DNA of 64,000 nt from Spirochaetaceae bacterium (GCA_051531975.1 JAOPTT010000009.1:32001-96000); one strand, 5' to 3'; counted from the first letter of the stretch, positions 19,289-29,629 are shown. A program made the numbers and translations. The notes: generated from the letters alone by a model not told the origin.

Positions 19289-20195
19289 GGTTGGAGTCAA
19301 TTACATAATATTCAATGAACTCTGGGACGATGTTTTAGAAAATGAAAGTAATCAACCTATTAAGACAATTGAGCTAAATAAGTTAAAAACTATATATTTT
19401 GACTATTTATCAAATGCTTTAAAAAACCTACAACAATCACATACAAATATCGCAGTAACTGTTTGGCTAATTGAGATTTCTGAATCAGGTATAAAAGAAG
19501 TCGATCTTAGAGAGCAATTATTTAATACATTACCATACGTAAGAATTTATACAATTCCATTCATGAAAATAAGAAATTATATTTCAGCTGCAAAGAGACT
19601 AGCAAAAGGATTATATAGATCTCCTAATGAATTACACGAATTTTTAATTCTACATATAATAAAACTATCAACAACTCCTTATATTGCTATTTTAGACACT
19701 GATAATCTATTTCTAAGGCAAGATGCTTTGAATATTATTTTCCAATCATTAGAAGAAGATAAAGATAAATGGATAGGTTGTATCATGGAAAAAGGTATTA
19801 AGAGACCTTATAACGATGGATTCACTCAAATGAGAGAGAGAATGCATAGTGTAGCCCTTTTTATTATTAAAGATCGATTTAATAAAGGATTTACTGAGAC
19901 AACAAATTGGCGGATAGATACTTTTGATAAAGTTAAATTAATACAAAATGATGAATGCAGAGATTATTATCATAAGTATAAATTCTTCGATACTTTGGCG
20001 TTGTTAACCGATCTATTTAAATATAACTTTGGTGTAAATAGAATAAAAGAGTTAAACAAAGAATTAAACTCCCAAGAGTTTGAAAAATTAACCATAGTTA
20101 ACGATCTTTTTGTTCATAGTAAATATTTGCATGGAATAGATTATATTTTTGAAAACTTAAAAGATAATAAATTCATTTCTTCAATTCAAAGGTAA
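19272..20195 (+). CDS. Putative GT-A fold glycosyltransferase or nucleotidyl-sugar transferase
   Basis: TPYIAILDTDNLFL DxD motif after a beta strand; late His (FVHSKY); ATG overlaps end of previous gene. Confidence 0.5.
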   Translation: MPTPSKVGVNYIIFNELWDDVLENESNQPIKTIELNKLKTIYFDYLSNALKNLQQSHTNIAVTVWLIEISESGIKEVDLREQLFNTLPYVRIYTIPFMKIRNYISAAKRLAKGLYRSPNELHEFLILHIIKLSTTPYIAILDTDNLFLRQDALNIIFQSLEEDKDKWIGCIMEKGIKRPYNDGFTQMRERMHSVALFIIKDRFNKGFTETTNWRIDTFDKVKLIQNDECRDYYHKYKFFDTLALLTDLFKYNFGVNRIKELNKELNSQEFEKLTIVNDLFVHSKYLHGIDYIFENLKDNKFISSIQR

Positions 20196-20203
20196 AAAAA
20201 GTC

Positions 20204-20255
20204 TTTTACGACTAAAGTATGATGTTATTAATCACTTTTACACCTATAGTCTGAT
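20204..20255 (+). promoter_or_regulatory. Tandem 20-bp operator-like direct repeats
   Basis: TTTTACGACTAAAGTATGAT (20204) and TTTTACACCTATAGTCTGAT (20236); 16/20 identical, 32 bp apart. Confidence 0.55.
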
Positions 20256-20303
20256 ATCGTTTTAATATATTAAATACTAATCTTATCTTATATGGAGGTC
20301 GCA

Positions 20304-21536
20304 ATGTCAATGTATAAAATAGTATTAGTAATAATTAGTATTTCACTTCTATTTTCATGTACAGAGCAAGAGTATTTAGAATTAACGGGTGATTATTCTA
20401 TTGGAACATCAGTTTTTGAATTAGAAGACAAATCAAGGTTAGAATATTATTCTGAGGAAGTATCTGAAAATAGAACAATTGTAATCAGAGCATGGTATCC
20501 AATTGAAGCCAAATCGGGTAAAACACTTCCACAATATAATGGTAAGGGAGTAGCAAAAGAATTTCAAAAACTTTTTGGTATACCTTCCTTTTTAATGAAA
20601 GATAATATTGGAAGAGCCTATACTGATGGAAGCCCTTTAAAAGGTAAATATCCTGTAGTCATTTTTAATCATGGTTTTAGTTCATGGGAATCTCAAAATG
20701 CTACAACAATGGAAGAAATAAGTTCCAACGGTTATGTTGTGCTAAGTATAAATCATCCATACGAAAGCCTTTTTACTCAATTTAATAATATGGATAGTGT
20801 TAAATTCTCTATACCTGGTTATAAAGATAAGCTTAAAGCTATGAATAAAGATATTGATGATATAACTAACGAGTTAATACAAATGGTTAAAACTATTAAA
20901 GAAGCAACTACTGAGAAGTTATATAAAGAAGCTGTTATTAAAATTACTCAATCAAAGGCTTACAAACCTGTTTTCCCATCTTTAAAATTGTGGATTGAAG
21001 ATACAGCTTTTTTAATCTCATCTCTAAATGATATTAATTTAAGTAATATAATCGACAGTGATAATATTGCAGTTATAGGTCACTCTTTTGGAGGACTTGT
21101 ATCTAGTGAACTTTCAATGTTAGGAATTAGTGGTATTAAGTGTGGCATAAGTTATGATGGACCTGTTCTATTTGATAATATGAATAAAGATATTTCTCTG
21201 AAAACCCCATTTCTATTTTTAGCAAGTACCAATGCTAAGTATGGAAAAACTGTTGTTGATCTGTCAGGTCAAAATGATTTTTTAACAACAAAAACTGATA
21301 AAAAAGTTATTTCAGGCTCAATAAATGGTAGTGGGCATTATAATTTTTCAGATATGGGTTATGTCTCTTTTCTTAAAAGAACATCGATGTTAGGTCCTAT
21401 TGATGGAGTTAAGTCGTTACAAATTATGAATGGTATAACACTGTCTTATTTAGACCATCATTTAAAAGGTGAAGTTGATCCAACCAATTCTTGGTTAAAA
21501 ATTTACCCTGAATGGAATGTAAGCAGATCTAACTAA
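20304..21536 (+). CDS. Alpha/beta-hydrolase lipoprotein (PAF-acetylhydrolase/dienelactone hydrolase-like)
   Basis: Lipobox LLFSC; WYP, YPVVIFNHG, GHSFGG, HYNFSD. Confidence 0.88.
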   Translation: MSMYKIVLVIISISLLFSCTEQEYLELTGDYSIGTSVFELEDKSRLEYYSEEVSENRTIVIRAWYPIEAKSGKTLPQYNGKGVAKEFQKLFGIPSFLMKDNIGRAYTDGSPLKGKYPVVIFNHGFSSWESQNATTMEEISSNGYVVLSINHPYESLFTQFNNMDSVKFSIPGYKDKLKAMNKDIDDITNELIQMVKTIKEATTEKLYKEAVIKITQSKAYKPVFPSLKLWIEDTAFLISSLNDINLSNIIDSDNIAVIGHSFGGLVSSELSMLGISGIKCGISYDGPVLFDNMNKDISLKTPFLFLASTNAKYGKTVVDLSGQNDFLTTKTDKKVISGSINGSGHYNFSDMGYVSFLKRTSMLGPIDGVKSLQIMNGITLSYLDHHLKGEVDPTNSWLKIYPEWNVSRSN

Positions 21537-22326
21537 GACCAACTAGTTCAAATCTACTATTAACACCAGTTTTTTTAAAAATGTTTGTTATATGTGTTTT
21601 GACTGTGGGTATTGATATAAATAGTTCTTCGCTAATTTGTCTGTTTGATTTTCCTTTTAAAATATAATGTACAACCTCTTCCTCTCTGGGGGAGAGGCCT
21701 TCAATTTTTTTTGTGTTAATGTTATGTGTAATACTCGTATAATAAAGAATACAGTATAAAAGATATATGAATGGATATAGACGAATAGGTAAGGTATCTT
21801 GAGATATTATATCAAAAGCTATTAATGGAAGAAGAATCATATCATATTTTGAACTCTGTTTTTCAAACTTGGTTTTGTTCTTTTTAATTACACTACCAAA
21901 CATCGTAAATGCAAATAGAATAACAATAAATATCCGTATATAATTTACATGTGGAGATAATATTGTAATAAAATTATTTTCAATTTTCATAACAAATAAG
22001 ATAGATATTAAAATTATCAAACCACTAAAAATGTAAAATGCCAAAATTGGTTTTAAATATTTATGGTGCTTATATTGTAATTTAACAAGGCTTAACATAA
22101 ATAATATGACCATAATAGAAGTTGAATAATTTAGAATATAAATTATTGAAGGGTGAATTGAACTTATATTAATATTTAGATAAAAAATTATTAGTGTTAA
22201 TAATTGAAGTATTGTAAAAGTACAAAAGACCCAGAAATATTCTGAGTTAAGATTTTTTAATTTTTTTAGTATAAGTACACCTGCAACAATTATCGATGCA
22301 AGGTATAGGATGTAAATATGAATCAT
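21529..22326 (-). CDS. Membrane-bound LuxR-type transcriptional regulator
   Basis: Multiple TM helices plus LSPREEEV...GKSNRQIS.ELFIS..TVKTH...IFKK HTH. Confidence 0.9.
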   Translation of the reverse strand: MIHIYILYLASIIVAGVLILKKLKNLNSEYFWVFCTFTILQLLTLIIFYLNINISSIHPSIIYILNYSTSIMVILFMLSLVKLQYKHHKYLKPILAFYIFSGLIILISILFVMKIENNFITILSPHVNYIRIFIVILFAFTMFGSVIKKNKTKFEKQSSKYDMILLPLIAFDIISQDTLPIRLYPFIYLLYCILYYTSITHNINTKKIEGLSPREEEVVHYILKGKSNRQISEELFISIPTVKTHITNIFKKTGVNSRFELVGLS

Positions 22327-22426
22327 AATACTTAGTTTAGATAAATTATATAATTAAATCCATGTCGTTTCTGATATTTTTCTTATATAATATATTTAGA
22401 AGTTATGTAATTAAAGGGAATCTTAT

Positions 22427-23050
22427 ATGAAACACGAATGGAGAAAAAAAGAAAAAGCAATTTATATACCTAAAACTGAACCTGTGGTTATTGATGTCCC
22501 AGAGTATCAATTTGTTACAATTAAAGGAGATGGTAGTCCCGCTAGTGATCTATTTCAAGAATGTATTGGTGCATTATATGCAATTTCGTATGCTATAAAA
22601 ATGAACTTAAAAAAAGAGTCTGAAGTTAAAGGTTACACTGACTATACAGTTTACCCATTAGAAGGAGTTTGGGATATTAATGATAAAGCAAAAAAGACTT
22701 TTAATGGAACATTAAATAAAGATGATTTAGTATTTAAACTTATGATTAGACAACCAGATTTTGTTACACCTGAGTTTTATAATAAAATGTTGGAAACTTC
22801 TAAAATTAAAAAGCCTAATCTTATGTTAGATAAAGTAAAGTTTGAAAAAATATCTGATGGAAAATGTATTCAGATGTTGCACATAGGTAGTTATGATGAT
22901 GAACCCAAAAGTTTTTCAATAATGGAAGAATTTGCAGAGACTGAAGGATTAACTAGAGAATCAAAAGTTCATAGAGAGATATACCTTTCTGACTTTAGAA
23001 AAGTAGCTACTGAGAAACTAAAAACCGTACTTAGGTTTAAGGTTATATAA
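22427..23050 (+). CDS. GyrI-like small-molecule-binding protein
   Basis: HEWRK.EK..Y.P, VYPLEG.W, MIRQP, H.GSYDDE, HREIYLSD. Confidence 0.85.
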   Translation: MKHEWRKKEKAIYIPKTEPVVIDVPEYQFVTIKGDGSPASDLFQECIGALYAISYAIKMNLKKESEVKGYTDYTVYPLEGVWDINDKAKKTFNGTLNKDDLVFKLMIRQPDFVTPEFYNKMLETSKIKKPNLMLDKVKFEKISDGKCIQMLHIGSYDDEPKSFSIMEEFAETEGLTRESKVHREIYLSDFRKVATEKLKTVLRFKVI

Positions 23051-23051
23051 T

Positions 23052-23588
23052 TTAGTCCATATTATTAATTTTATTAAGTGTATTTAAGTTTCTTGTTGTT
23101 GAAATAACTTTTAGTCTGTTTTCTAAGAATTTATTTGAAAGCTTAGATTTACCATAACCACCAGGACAATACAGATATACTATATTATCTAAAACTTCTA
23201 ATTTATCTGGTGCTTTTACATATTCCATAACCTTAGTAATGTTTTCTAATAAAGGTGGTTCTGATAAAAAAGAGATTAATATTTTATTCCCAATATTTTC
23301 TAGATCTAAACCTTTAAATGGAAAATTGTCTAAAACCTCAGTTATATGATATTTAGTAATAACAAATACACTAACTTCAAATTTATATTTTTTAAAAATT
23401 AACTCTTCTATATTTTTTCCAATAATTTCTGTCTTATTATCTGACTCAAGTAATATATTACCTGTCTGTAAATATGTAATAATATTGCTGTAACCATTTA
23501 ACAGTAGTAGCTCTTTTAGTTCGGTCATTTTAATTTTTTTTTGACCACTTACATTGATTCCTTTTAATAATATTAAGTATCTAGTCAT
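23052..23588 (-). CDS. DUF1697-family protein
   Basis: LLKGINVSG, TYLQTGN, T.RN.NT motifs. Confidence 0.85.
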   Translation of the reverse strand: MTRYLILLKGINVSGQKKIKMTELKELLLLNGYSNIITYLQTGNILLESDNKTEIIGKNIEELIFKKYKFEVSVFVITKYHITEVLDNFPFKGLDLENIGNKILISFLSEPPLLENITKVMEYVKAPDKLEVLDNIVYLYCPGGYGKSKLSNKFLENRLKVISTTRNLNTLNKINNMD

Positions 23589-23599
23589 ATCCGGGATCC

Positions 23600-23908
23600 T
23601 TATGCTGTTGGGTCAAAATCTTCAGATATAAAAATAGTCATATTAGGAAATGCTTTATCCCGATCTTCTATTAACGTTTGATATTCAGGGCTATTAAAAA
23701 CATCTTTAATAATCTGGGAATTAGGAAAGCTTATTACAGCTAATATTTGAGGAGCATTCCCTAATATAACATCTATAATTTTGGATCTAAAAACTATTTC
23801 TCCCTGGTTTTTAATAAACAGAGGCATGGCTTTTGATATGTAACTTGTCATGGCTGTTTGTTCCCCAGGGTTTATATCATTTAATATATTTAAATAGGTT
23901 TTTTTCAT
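23600..23908 (-). CDS. DUF1330-family protein
   Basis: ISFP...FNSPEYQ....R motif. Confidence 0.75.
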   Translation of the reverse strand: MKKTYLNILNDINPGEQTAMTSYISKAMPLFIKNQGEIVFRSKIIDVILGNAPQILAVISFPNSQIIKDVFNSPEYQTLIEDRDKAFPNMTIFISEDFDPTA

Positions 23909-23998
23909 ATTACATCCTTTAACAACATAATTTTCTTATTTAAGTATATATTAAAAAAAGGATGACTGCATTAGATTATCTGTTTATGACCTTTTTGA

Positions 23999-25867
23999 TT
24001 AAGTTATCTTTTCCCAATCTTTGTATAGTTTCTCTAGCCGTACTTCAAGTTTTTCTAACTTAGTTGCAACTTTTCTACCTTTTTGGTGATCATTACTATT
24101 TAAAAGAGATTTAAGTTCCTGCTCCAATTGCATTTTCTCTTCTTCAGCATTTTCAATCCTTTTCTCAATATCAATAGAATTTACTGTTTTAACTTTAATG
24201 CTGCGTTCTGTACCTCTAGTTTTAATTTCACCATTGAGTCTAGGAAGTACTGGATACCTAAACTTAAAATACTCTGAGAAATTACCATCAAAGGAAGTAA
24301 ACTTTTTATCTGATATTTCAATTACCCTATCTACTAACTGATCTAGAAAAAATCTATCATGAGATATAACCAACACAGTCCCACTAAAATTATTAATAGC
24401 TTGTTCTATCATCTCTCTGCTATTTATATCCATATGATTTGTTGGCTCATCTAATATTAAAAAGTTTGTATTCTGGTACATTAATCTTGCAAGTTGTAAC
24501 CTGTTTACTTCTCCACCAGAAAGAACAGATAGGTGTTTATCCATATCTTGAAACTCAAATGAAAACTTTTTGGCAATATTGAATGCTTCATCCGCTGTTA
24601 AAGGACCCCAGCATCTTATCTCATCTGTTATTGTAATTGCACTGGAATCAAATGATGGAACTTGTGATAGATAACCAACCTTCTGACTAGGTCCAATTCT
24701 AAGCCCTTTATTGTTCCAATCACCATGATTTAGTACAACATTTATAAAAGTAGTTTTTCCAACACCATTTGGTCCAACTAGGGCAACTTTCTCCCGACAT
24801 TGAATATCTAAAGCTGCATTTTTAAAGAGTACTTTGTCATCATAACTGAAACTAAAATCTTTAACTTCCATTGCTATGTGTGACTTAGAGTTTTCCTCAC
24901 CAAAATTTAGTTTTATGTTATCGTTTTCAATTTGTGGTCTTTCTAAGTTTTTATCAAGTTCAAACTGTAACTTTTTTTTATTTGCACTAAGTTGATCCAT
25001 GATTTTAGCAGGTGGATTATTCTGAGACATTGCGATTGATTGTAACTCTTTAAGTTTACGTTTAATTCGTACTATTTCTTTTTTTGAAGACTCATATGCA
25101 CTTTTTTCAATAATTGCATGCCTATATTTTTCTAATCTTAGGGAGGAATATTTACCATTAAAAGTTGTAAGTTTACCATTAAACATATCAAAAAGAGTTT
25201 CACATGTTTTATCTAATAGATAACGGTTATGAGATACAATTAATACAGCGGATTTATACCCTTGGATAAAAGATTCTAGCCATGCTAATCCTAAATAATC
25301 TAAATGATTCCCAGGTTCATCCAATATTAAAAGTTCAGGTTCTGAAATTAATGCTTTAGCAAAAAAAACTAGAGACCTCTCCCCTCCAGATAGGGAACCC
25401 ATAGACTGATCTAAGGAGTTATCAAGACCGAGCTTTTTAAGTAATGCCTCACCTTTATCAAGTGCAGAATATCCTCCAAGAGTTTCAAACTGTTCAGAAA
25501 CCTTTTGGTAATCTGTAAGTAATGCTTCCATTGTCTCTGGATTTGTATCTACCATTGATGATTCTAGTTTATGAAGTTTATCCATAATAGGGGTCAATTC
25601 TGTTATTAAAAAGTCCTGAAGGGGCATTTCAGAGTCAAATTTTGGTTGCTGGGGAAGGTATCCAACATTTAGATCTTTTTTTAGAAAGAGAGATCCATTA
25701 TCCTGTTCGGTTTCACCTAGTAATAGACGAATTAGTGTAGTTTTTCCTACGCCATTAGGGCCTATCAAACCAATTTTTTGGCCTTCCAAGATTCTAAAAT
25801 CTGTATCAATTAATATATCTTTTGATCCATTGTTAAGGTTTAGTTTTGTAGCTTTTACCAGTTCCAT
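23999..25867 (-). CDS. ABC-F family ATPase
   Basis: Two NBDs (GPNGVGKT twice, LSGGE twice, LDEP.NH twice); no TM; C-terminal coiled coil. Confidence 0.93.
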   Translation of the reverse strand: MELVKATKLNLNNGSKDILIDTDFRILEGQKIGLIGPNGVGKTTLIRLLLGETEQDNGSLFLKKDLNVGYLPQQPKFDSEMPLQDFLITELTPIMDKLHKLESSMVDTNPETMEALLTDYQKVSEQFETLGGYSALDKGEALLKKLGLDNSLDQSMGSLSGGERSLVFFAKALISEPELLILDEPGNHLDYLGLAWLESFIQGYKSAVLIVSHNRYLLDKTCETLFDMFNGKLTTFNGKYSSLRLEKYRHAIIEKSAYESSKKEIVRIKRKLKELQSIAMSQNNPPAKIMDQLSANKKKLQFELDKNLERPQIENDNIKLNFGEENSKSHIAMEVKDFSFSYDDKVLFKNAALDIQCREKVALVGPNGVGKTTFINVVLNHGDWNNKGLRIGPSQKVGYLSQVPSFDSSAITITDEIRCWGPLTADEAFNIAKKFSFEFQDMDKHLSVLSGGEVNRLQLARLMYQNTNFLILDEPTNHMDINSREMIEQAINNFSGTVLVISHDRFFLDQLVDRVIEISDKKFTSFDGNFSEYFKFRYPVLPRLNGEIKTRGTERSIKVKTVNSIDIEKRIENAEEEKMQLEQELKSLLNSNDHQKGRKVATKLEKLEVRLEKLYKDWEKIT

Positions 25868-25912
25868 AATAATACAATTTTAAAACAATACAATAGAATA
25901 GTCTCTACTACT

Positions 25913-26479
25913 TTAGTTTAATTTTTTAGCAATAACAAATAGGGAGTCATTAGGTTCTAATTCTTCATACTCACTATATTCTATAACTTCATAATTTTTA
26001 CTAATAAGATCTATAAGTTTTTGCGTCGGGAAGTATACACAGTGCATGTCATCAAAATCTTCTGTTTTATCTCCAATCCAAAAGCTATGTATTATTAACC
26101 CGTCAGGTTTTAGAACTTCATGTTGTCTAATTAATGATTTTTTTAACTGGTCTAACTCAAAATGATGCAATACTTTACAAGAATAGATAGCACTAAACTT
26201 TTTTTGACACTTTATAGTTATTGCATCAATTTCTAAAAAATCACCCTGAGGAAATCTAATCTTTGCTCTCTTTATAAATTCTTCAGAGTAGTCGGTTCCA
26301 GTGACATTATAGTTTTCTGATAACCAGATATAATCATTTCCTGGCCCCATACCTAGTTCTAGAATGTTGCTACCTCGACCTAAGTTTTTAATAATGCTAC
26401 TCTTAAAGCTTGAATTATCGTAGCCTTGGCACATTTTAATGTACTGATCTACACCTTTAGGTGTGTTATATGTATCCAT
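25913..26479 (-). CDS. Class I SAM-dependent methyltransferase
   Basis: ILELGMGPG, GTDYS, LKPDG; start set at ATG 26479. Confidence 0.88.
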   Translation of the reverse strand: MDTYNTPKGVDQYIKMCQGYDNSSFKSSIIKNLGRGSNILELGMGPGNDYIWLSENYNVTGTDYSEEFIKRAKIRFPQGDFLEIDAITIKCQKKFSAIYSCKVLHHFELDQLKKSLIRQHEVLKPDGLIIHSFWIGDKTEDFDDMHCVYFPTQKLIDLISKNYEVIEYSEYEELEPNDSLFVIAKKLN

Positions 26480-26511
26480 ATCTATAACTATATAACACAC
26501 AGGAGAGAGTT

Positions 26512-27183
26512 GTGTACAAAAAATATAAATATGAAACCCATTGTCATACTTCTGAAAGTAGTGAATGTAGTCGTATCACAGGTGCAGAATTAATTCGAGG
26601 ATATAACAATGCTGGTTATTCAGGTGTTGTAATTACTGATCACTTCTATAATGGCAACTGTACTGTTTCTACAGATCTATCATGGGATTTATGGGTTTCT
26701 GAGTTCTGTAAAGGATATGAAAATGCTCTTGAGGAAGCAAGAAAGTTAGATATGGATCTTTTTTTCGGATTTGAATTTTCATACTTATGTGCAGATTTTT
26801 TAATTTATGGACTTAGCCCAAATTATTTATTAAATAACCCAGATATTAAAAATTGGACGATAGAGGATTATTATAAACATTCAAGGGATGAAGGAGGGTT
26901 TATAATCCATGCTCATCCTTTTAGAGAAGCCCCATATATAGATGAAAATAGATTATTCCCTAATAGTATTGATGCTGTAGAAGTATTTAATGGTAGGAAC
27001 ATAGATGACCAAAATGACAAAGCTAAAATATATTCAGATAAATACAATTTAATTAAAACCTCAGGCAGTGATTCCCATAAGTGTGATGAAATTAAAGGTC
27101 ACGGTATAGTTCTAAAAAAACGTGTTAGAACTATTTCTGAGTTTATTCAAATATTAAAGAGTGGAGAGTATCAAAATGTCTAA
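26512..27183 (+). CDS. PHP-domain phosphoesterase
   Basis: HCHT, ITDH, AHP, EVFNG, GSDSH. Confidence 0.9.
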   Translation: MYKKYKYETHCHTSESSECSRITGAELIRGYNNAGYSGVVITDHFYNGNCTVSTDLSWDLWVSEFCKGYENALEEARKLDMDLFFGFEFSYLCADFLIYGLSPNYLLNNPDIKNWTIEDYYKHSRDEGGFIIHAHPFREAPYIDENRLFPNSIDAVEVFNGRNIDDQNDKAKIYSDKYNLIKTSGSDSHKCDEIKGHGIVLKKRVRTISEFIQILKSGEYQNV

Positions 27184-27670
27184 TGAAAGTCATATATTAA
27201 GATTCGCTACAGCAGAGGATATAGATAATGTTTCTAATGTTATTAGAGATGCAAATAAGCCTGTTGCACTTATTCTTCACTTAACACCAGAAAATTGCCC
27301 AAAACACCCTTCTAACTGTAATTCTGGTTGGATCGCCGATGCTATGGGTAAAGGTGAAGTTTTTTTTATATTAGAAATAAAAGGAAAAGTTATTGGATGT
27401 ATTGCATATCAGGATGCACAAGCGGATGTATGTTATTTAAGCCGTTTAGCAGTATTACCTGAATTCCAGAAGCAAGGATATGGTGAAAAATTAACTTCTT
27501 ATTTCCAACAATATGCTAAAGATCAAGGTAAAAAAACTGCAGGTATTGGGGTTATTAATCAGAATACTAATCTTAAAGATTGGTATAAAAAAATAGGATA
27601 TATCGAGACAAAAATTAAGAACTTTAAACATTTGCCTTTTGATGTATGTTTTATGGAGAAGAAAATATGA
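27176..27670 (+). CDS. GNAT acetyltransferase
   Basis: RLAVLPEFQKQGYG, WYKKIGY. Confidence 0.85.
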   Translation: MSNESHILRFATAEDIDNVSNVIRDANKPVALILHLTPENCPKHPSNCNSGWIADAMGKGEVFFILEIKGKVIGCIAYQDAQADVCYLSRLAVLPEFQKQGYGEKLTSYFQQYAKDQGKKTAGIGVINQNTNLKDWYKKIGYIETKIKNFKHLPFDVCFMEKKI

Positions 27671-28854
27671 GCCGTGATATGTTTAAGTTAAAATCAAATA
27701 TTAAGAAATTCTATATATATAAAGTTTTTACTGGTATGTTCTTCTTTGTTCCAATTATGGTTCTTTTTTGGCAGGATAATGGTTTAAGTTTAACTCAGAT
27801 AATGTTATTACAATCTATTTTCTCTATATGCACTGTTATTTTAGAAATTCCATCTGGTTATTTTGCAGATGTTTTTGGTAGAAAGAAAACTCTGTTTATT
27901 GCAAGTGTAACAGGATTTTTAGCTATGTTATCATATAGTTTAGGTCATAATTTTAATCAGTTTATCATTGCAGAAGTATTTTTTGCCTTAAGTGTTTCGT
28001 TTACATCTGGGACACTCTCTGCTTTTGTATACGACACTCTAAAAAATATTGGTGGAGAGAACGACTATAAAAAGGTTTGGGGTAATATACTTTTTTATGG
28101 AATGATCGCATTAGCAATATCTAATGTATTAGGTGGTCTTATTGCAAAAATTGATTATAGATATACCTTTTATATTGCATTACCATTTTTTGCTTTAATG
28201 ATACCTTTTGTTTTTACTTTTGAAGAACCTGAGAGACATAAAATGATTATGGAAAAAGGATATACTAAAGAGTTATTTAAAATTATCAAAATGACTATCT
28301 TCCATGATAAAAAACTACGGTGGATAATTATATATTCTGGAATAGTTTACGCATTTAACCAGTCTGCGTTATGGTTATACCAGCCTTACTTTCAGTTATC
28401 TGGCCTTGATTTAGGTTTTTTTGGTGTGGTTTTTGCATGTTTTCAGGTAGTTTCAGCTTTTTCTGCTAAATATGCCCATAAATTGGAAGTTAAGTTAGGA
28501 CAAAAATACTCTCTAATGATGCTTATATTCTTAGTTGCAATTAGCTTTTTATTGATGAGTAGCTTTGTATTTCTATTTAGTTTTAGTTTTTGTTTCATTC
28601 AACAATTTGTTAGAGGATTTAAAAGCACTGTTGTTACAGACTATATAAATAGGTTAACAACATCTAGTATGAGGGCAACAGTATTGTCTGCAGAAAGTTT
28701 TGCAAGTAGACTTTTTTATGCAACAATAATCCCTTTGTTTGGTTTAGCCGCTGACCTATTTAGTCTACGATTAGCACTGTTACTTATTGGTTTAACATCT
28801 TTGGCTGCTGGAAGTGTCATTTTACTCATCCTGAAAAGAGACGAAGTTATATAA
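27667..28854 (+). CDS. MFS transporter
   Basis: EIPSGYFADVFGRK motif A, SGT..A..YD, RATVLS; about 12 TM. Confidence 0.92.
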   Translation: MSRDMFKLKSNIKKFYIYKVFTGMFFFVPIMVLFWQDNGLSLTQIMLLQSIFSICTVILEIPSGYFADVFGRKKTLFIASVTGFLAMLSYSLGHNFNQFIIAEVFFALSVSFTSGTLSAFVYDTLKNIGGENDYKKVWGNILFYGMIALAISNVLGGLIAKIDYRYTFYIALPFFALMIPFVFTFEEPERHKMIMEKGYTKELFKIIKMTIFHDKKLRWIIIYSGIVYAFNQSALWLYQPYFQLSGLDLGFFGVVFACFQVVSAFSAKYAHKLEVKLGQKYSLMMLIFLVAISFLLMSSFVFLFSFSFCFIQQFVRGFKSTVVTDYINRLTTSSMRATVLSAESFASRLFYATIIPLFGLAADLFSLRLALLLIGLTSLAAGSVILLILKRDEVI

Positions 28855-28907
28855 ATATCTAATGTTAATGTTGTATAAATTATAGTAACATTAGATTGAG
28901 GATTATT

Positions 28908-29186
28908 ATGGAAATTCAAGATTTAAAAAGTATAATTCATAGTTCAGAGCAGAAACTATCTGCTGAACTAATTAAAACCTGGGATGATATTAAAATTAGT
29001 CCCGCCCTGTGGGTTGAAGCTTCAAATGGTAAGTTCTGGGCTGTTGCAATAATGGCAGATGAAGTTATTTGGTATAACCATATAGAAGGTGGTTTTAATG
29101 TTTCGACTTTTAAGACTTACGGAGAGATCTCTGAATATTGGAATGAAAATACATATTTACATGACCTATTATGGCACCTCTTTTGA
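28908..29186 (+). CDS. Conserved hypothetical protein
   Basis: GAGG RBS; FWAVA...VIWYN.IE.GFN.S...G.I.EYW pattern. Confidence 0.7.
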   Translation: MEIQDLKSIIHSSEQKLSAELIKTWDDIKISPALWVEASNGKFWAVAIMADEVIWYNHIEGGFNVSTFKTYGEISEYWNENTYLHDLLWHLF

Positions 29187-29629
29187 TCTTAAATTACAAA
29201 GAGATTGAAGAAGATATTTTTGAAGAACTTTTAGAGCTTAGAGTCAAAGTTATGAAAGAAAGCCTTACCAAATTAGGACGATTTGATGAAAAACGAGCAA
29301 GATTAAGGTTAAGAGACAGTTTTAATCCAAAAAATTGTTATGTTATTACTGATAATAATGATATTCAGGGTTTCTTCCAGTACTCCTTAGATTCAGATTA
29401 TATAAAATTAGACCACCTATACATAGATTTAGAATTTCAAGGTTTGGGTTTAGGTAAACTAGCCATGGATTTTATAAAAAATATAGCTAGTTCTAAAAAT
29501 ATGGCTATAAGATTATACGCCTTAAAACAGAGCCCGGCTAATGACTTCTATATTAAAAATGGTTTTGTTGAAATTGAACAAGAAGAGTTTGATAATGTAT
29601 ATGTTTTTAACTCTTCTAGTCACCTATAA
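29171..29629 (+). CDS. GNAT acetyltransferase
   Basis: LDHLYI...QGLGLG, A..FY...GF. Confidence 0.85.
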   Translation: MAPLLILNYKEIEEDIFEELLELRVKVMKESLTKLGRFDEKRARLRLRDSFNPKNCYVITDNNDIQGFFQYSLDSDYIKLDHLYIDLEFQGLGLGKLAMDFIKNIASSKNMAIRLYALKQSPANDFYIKNGFVEIEQEEFDNVYVFNSSSHL

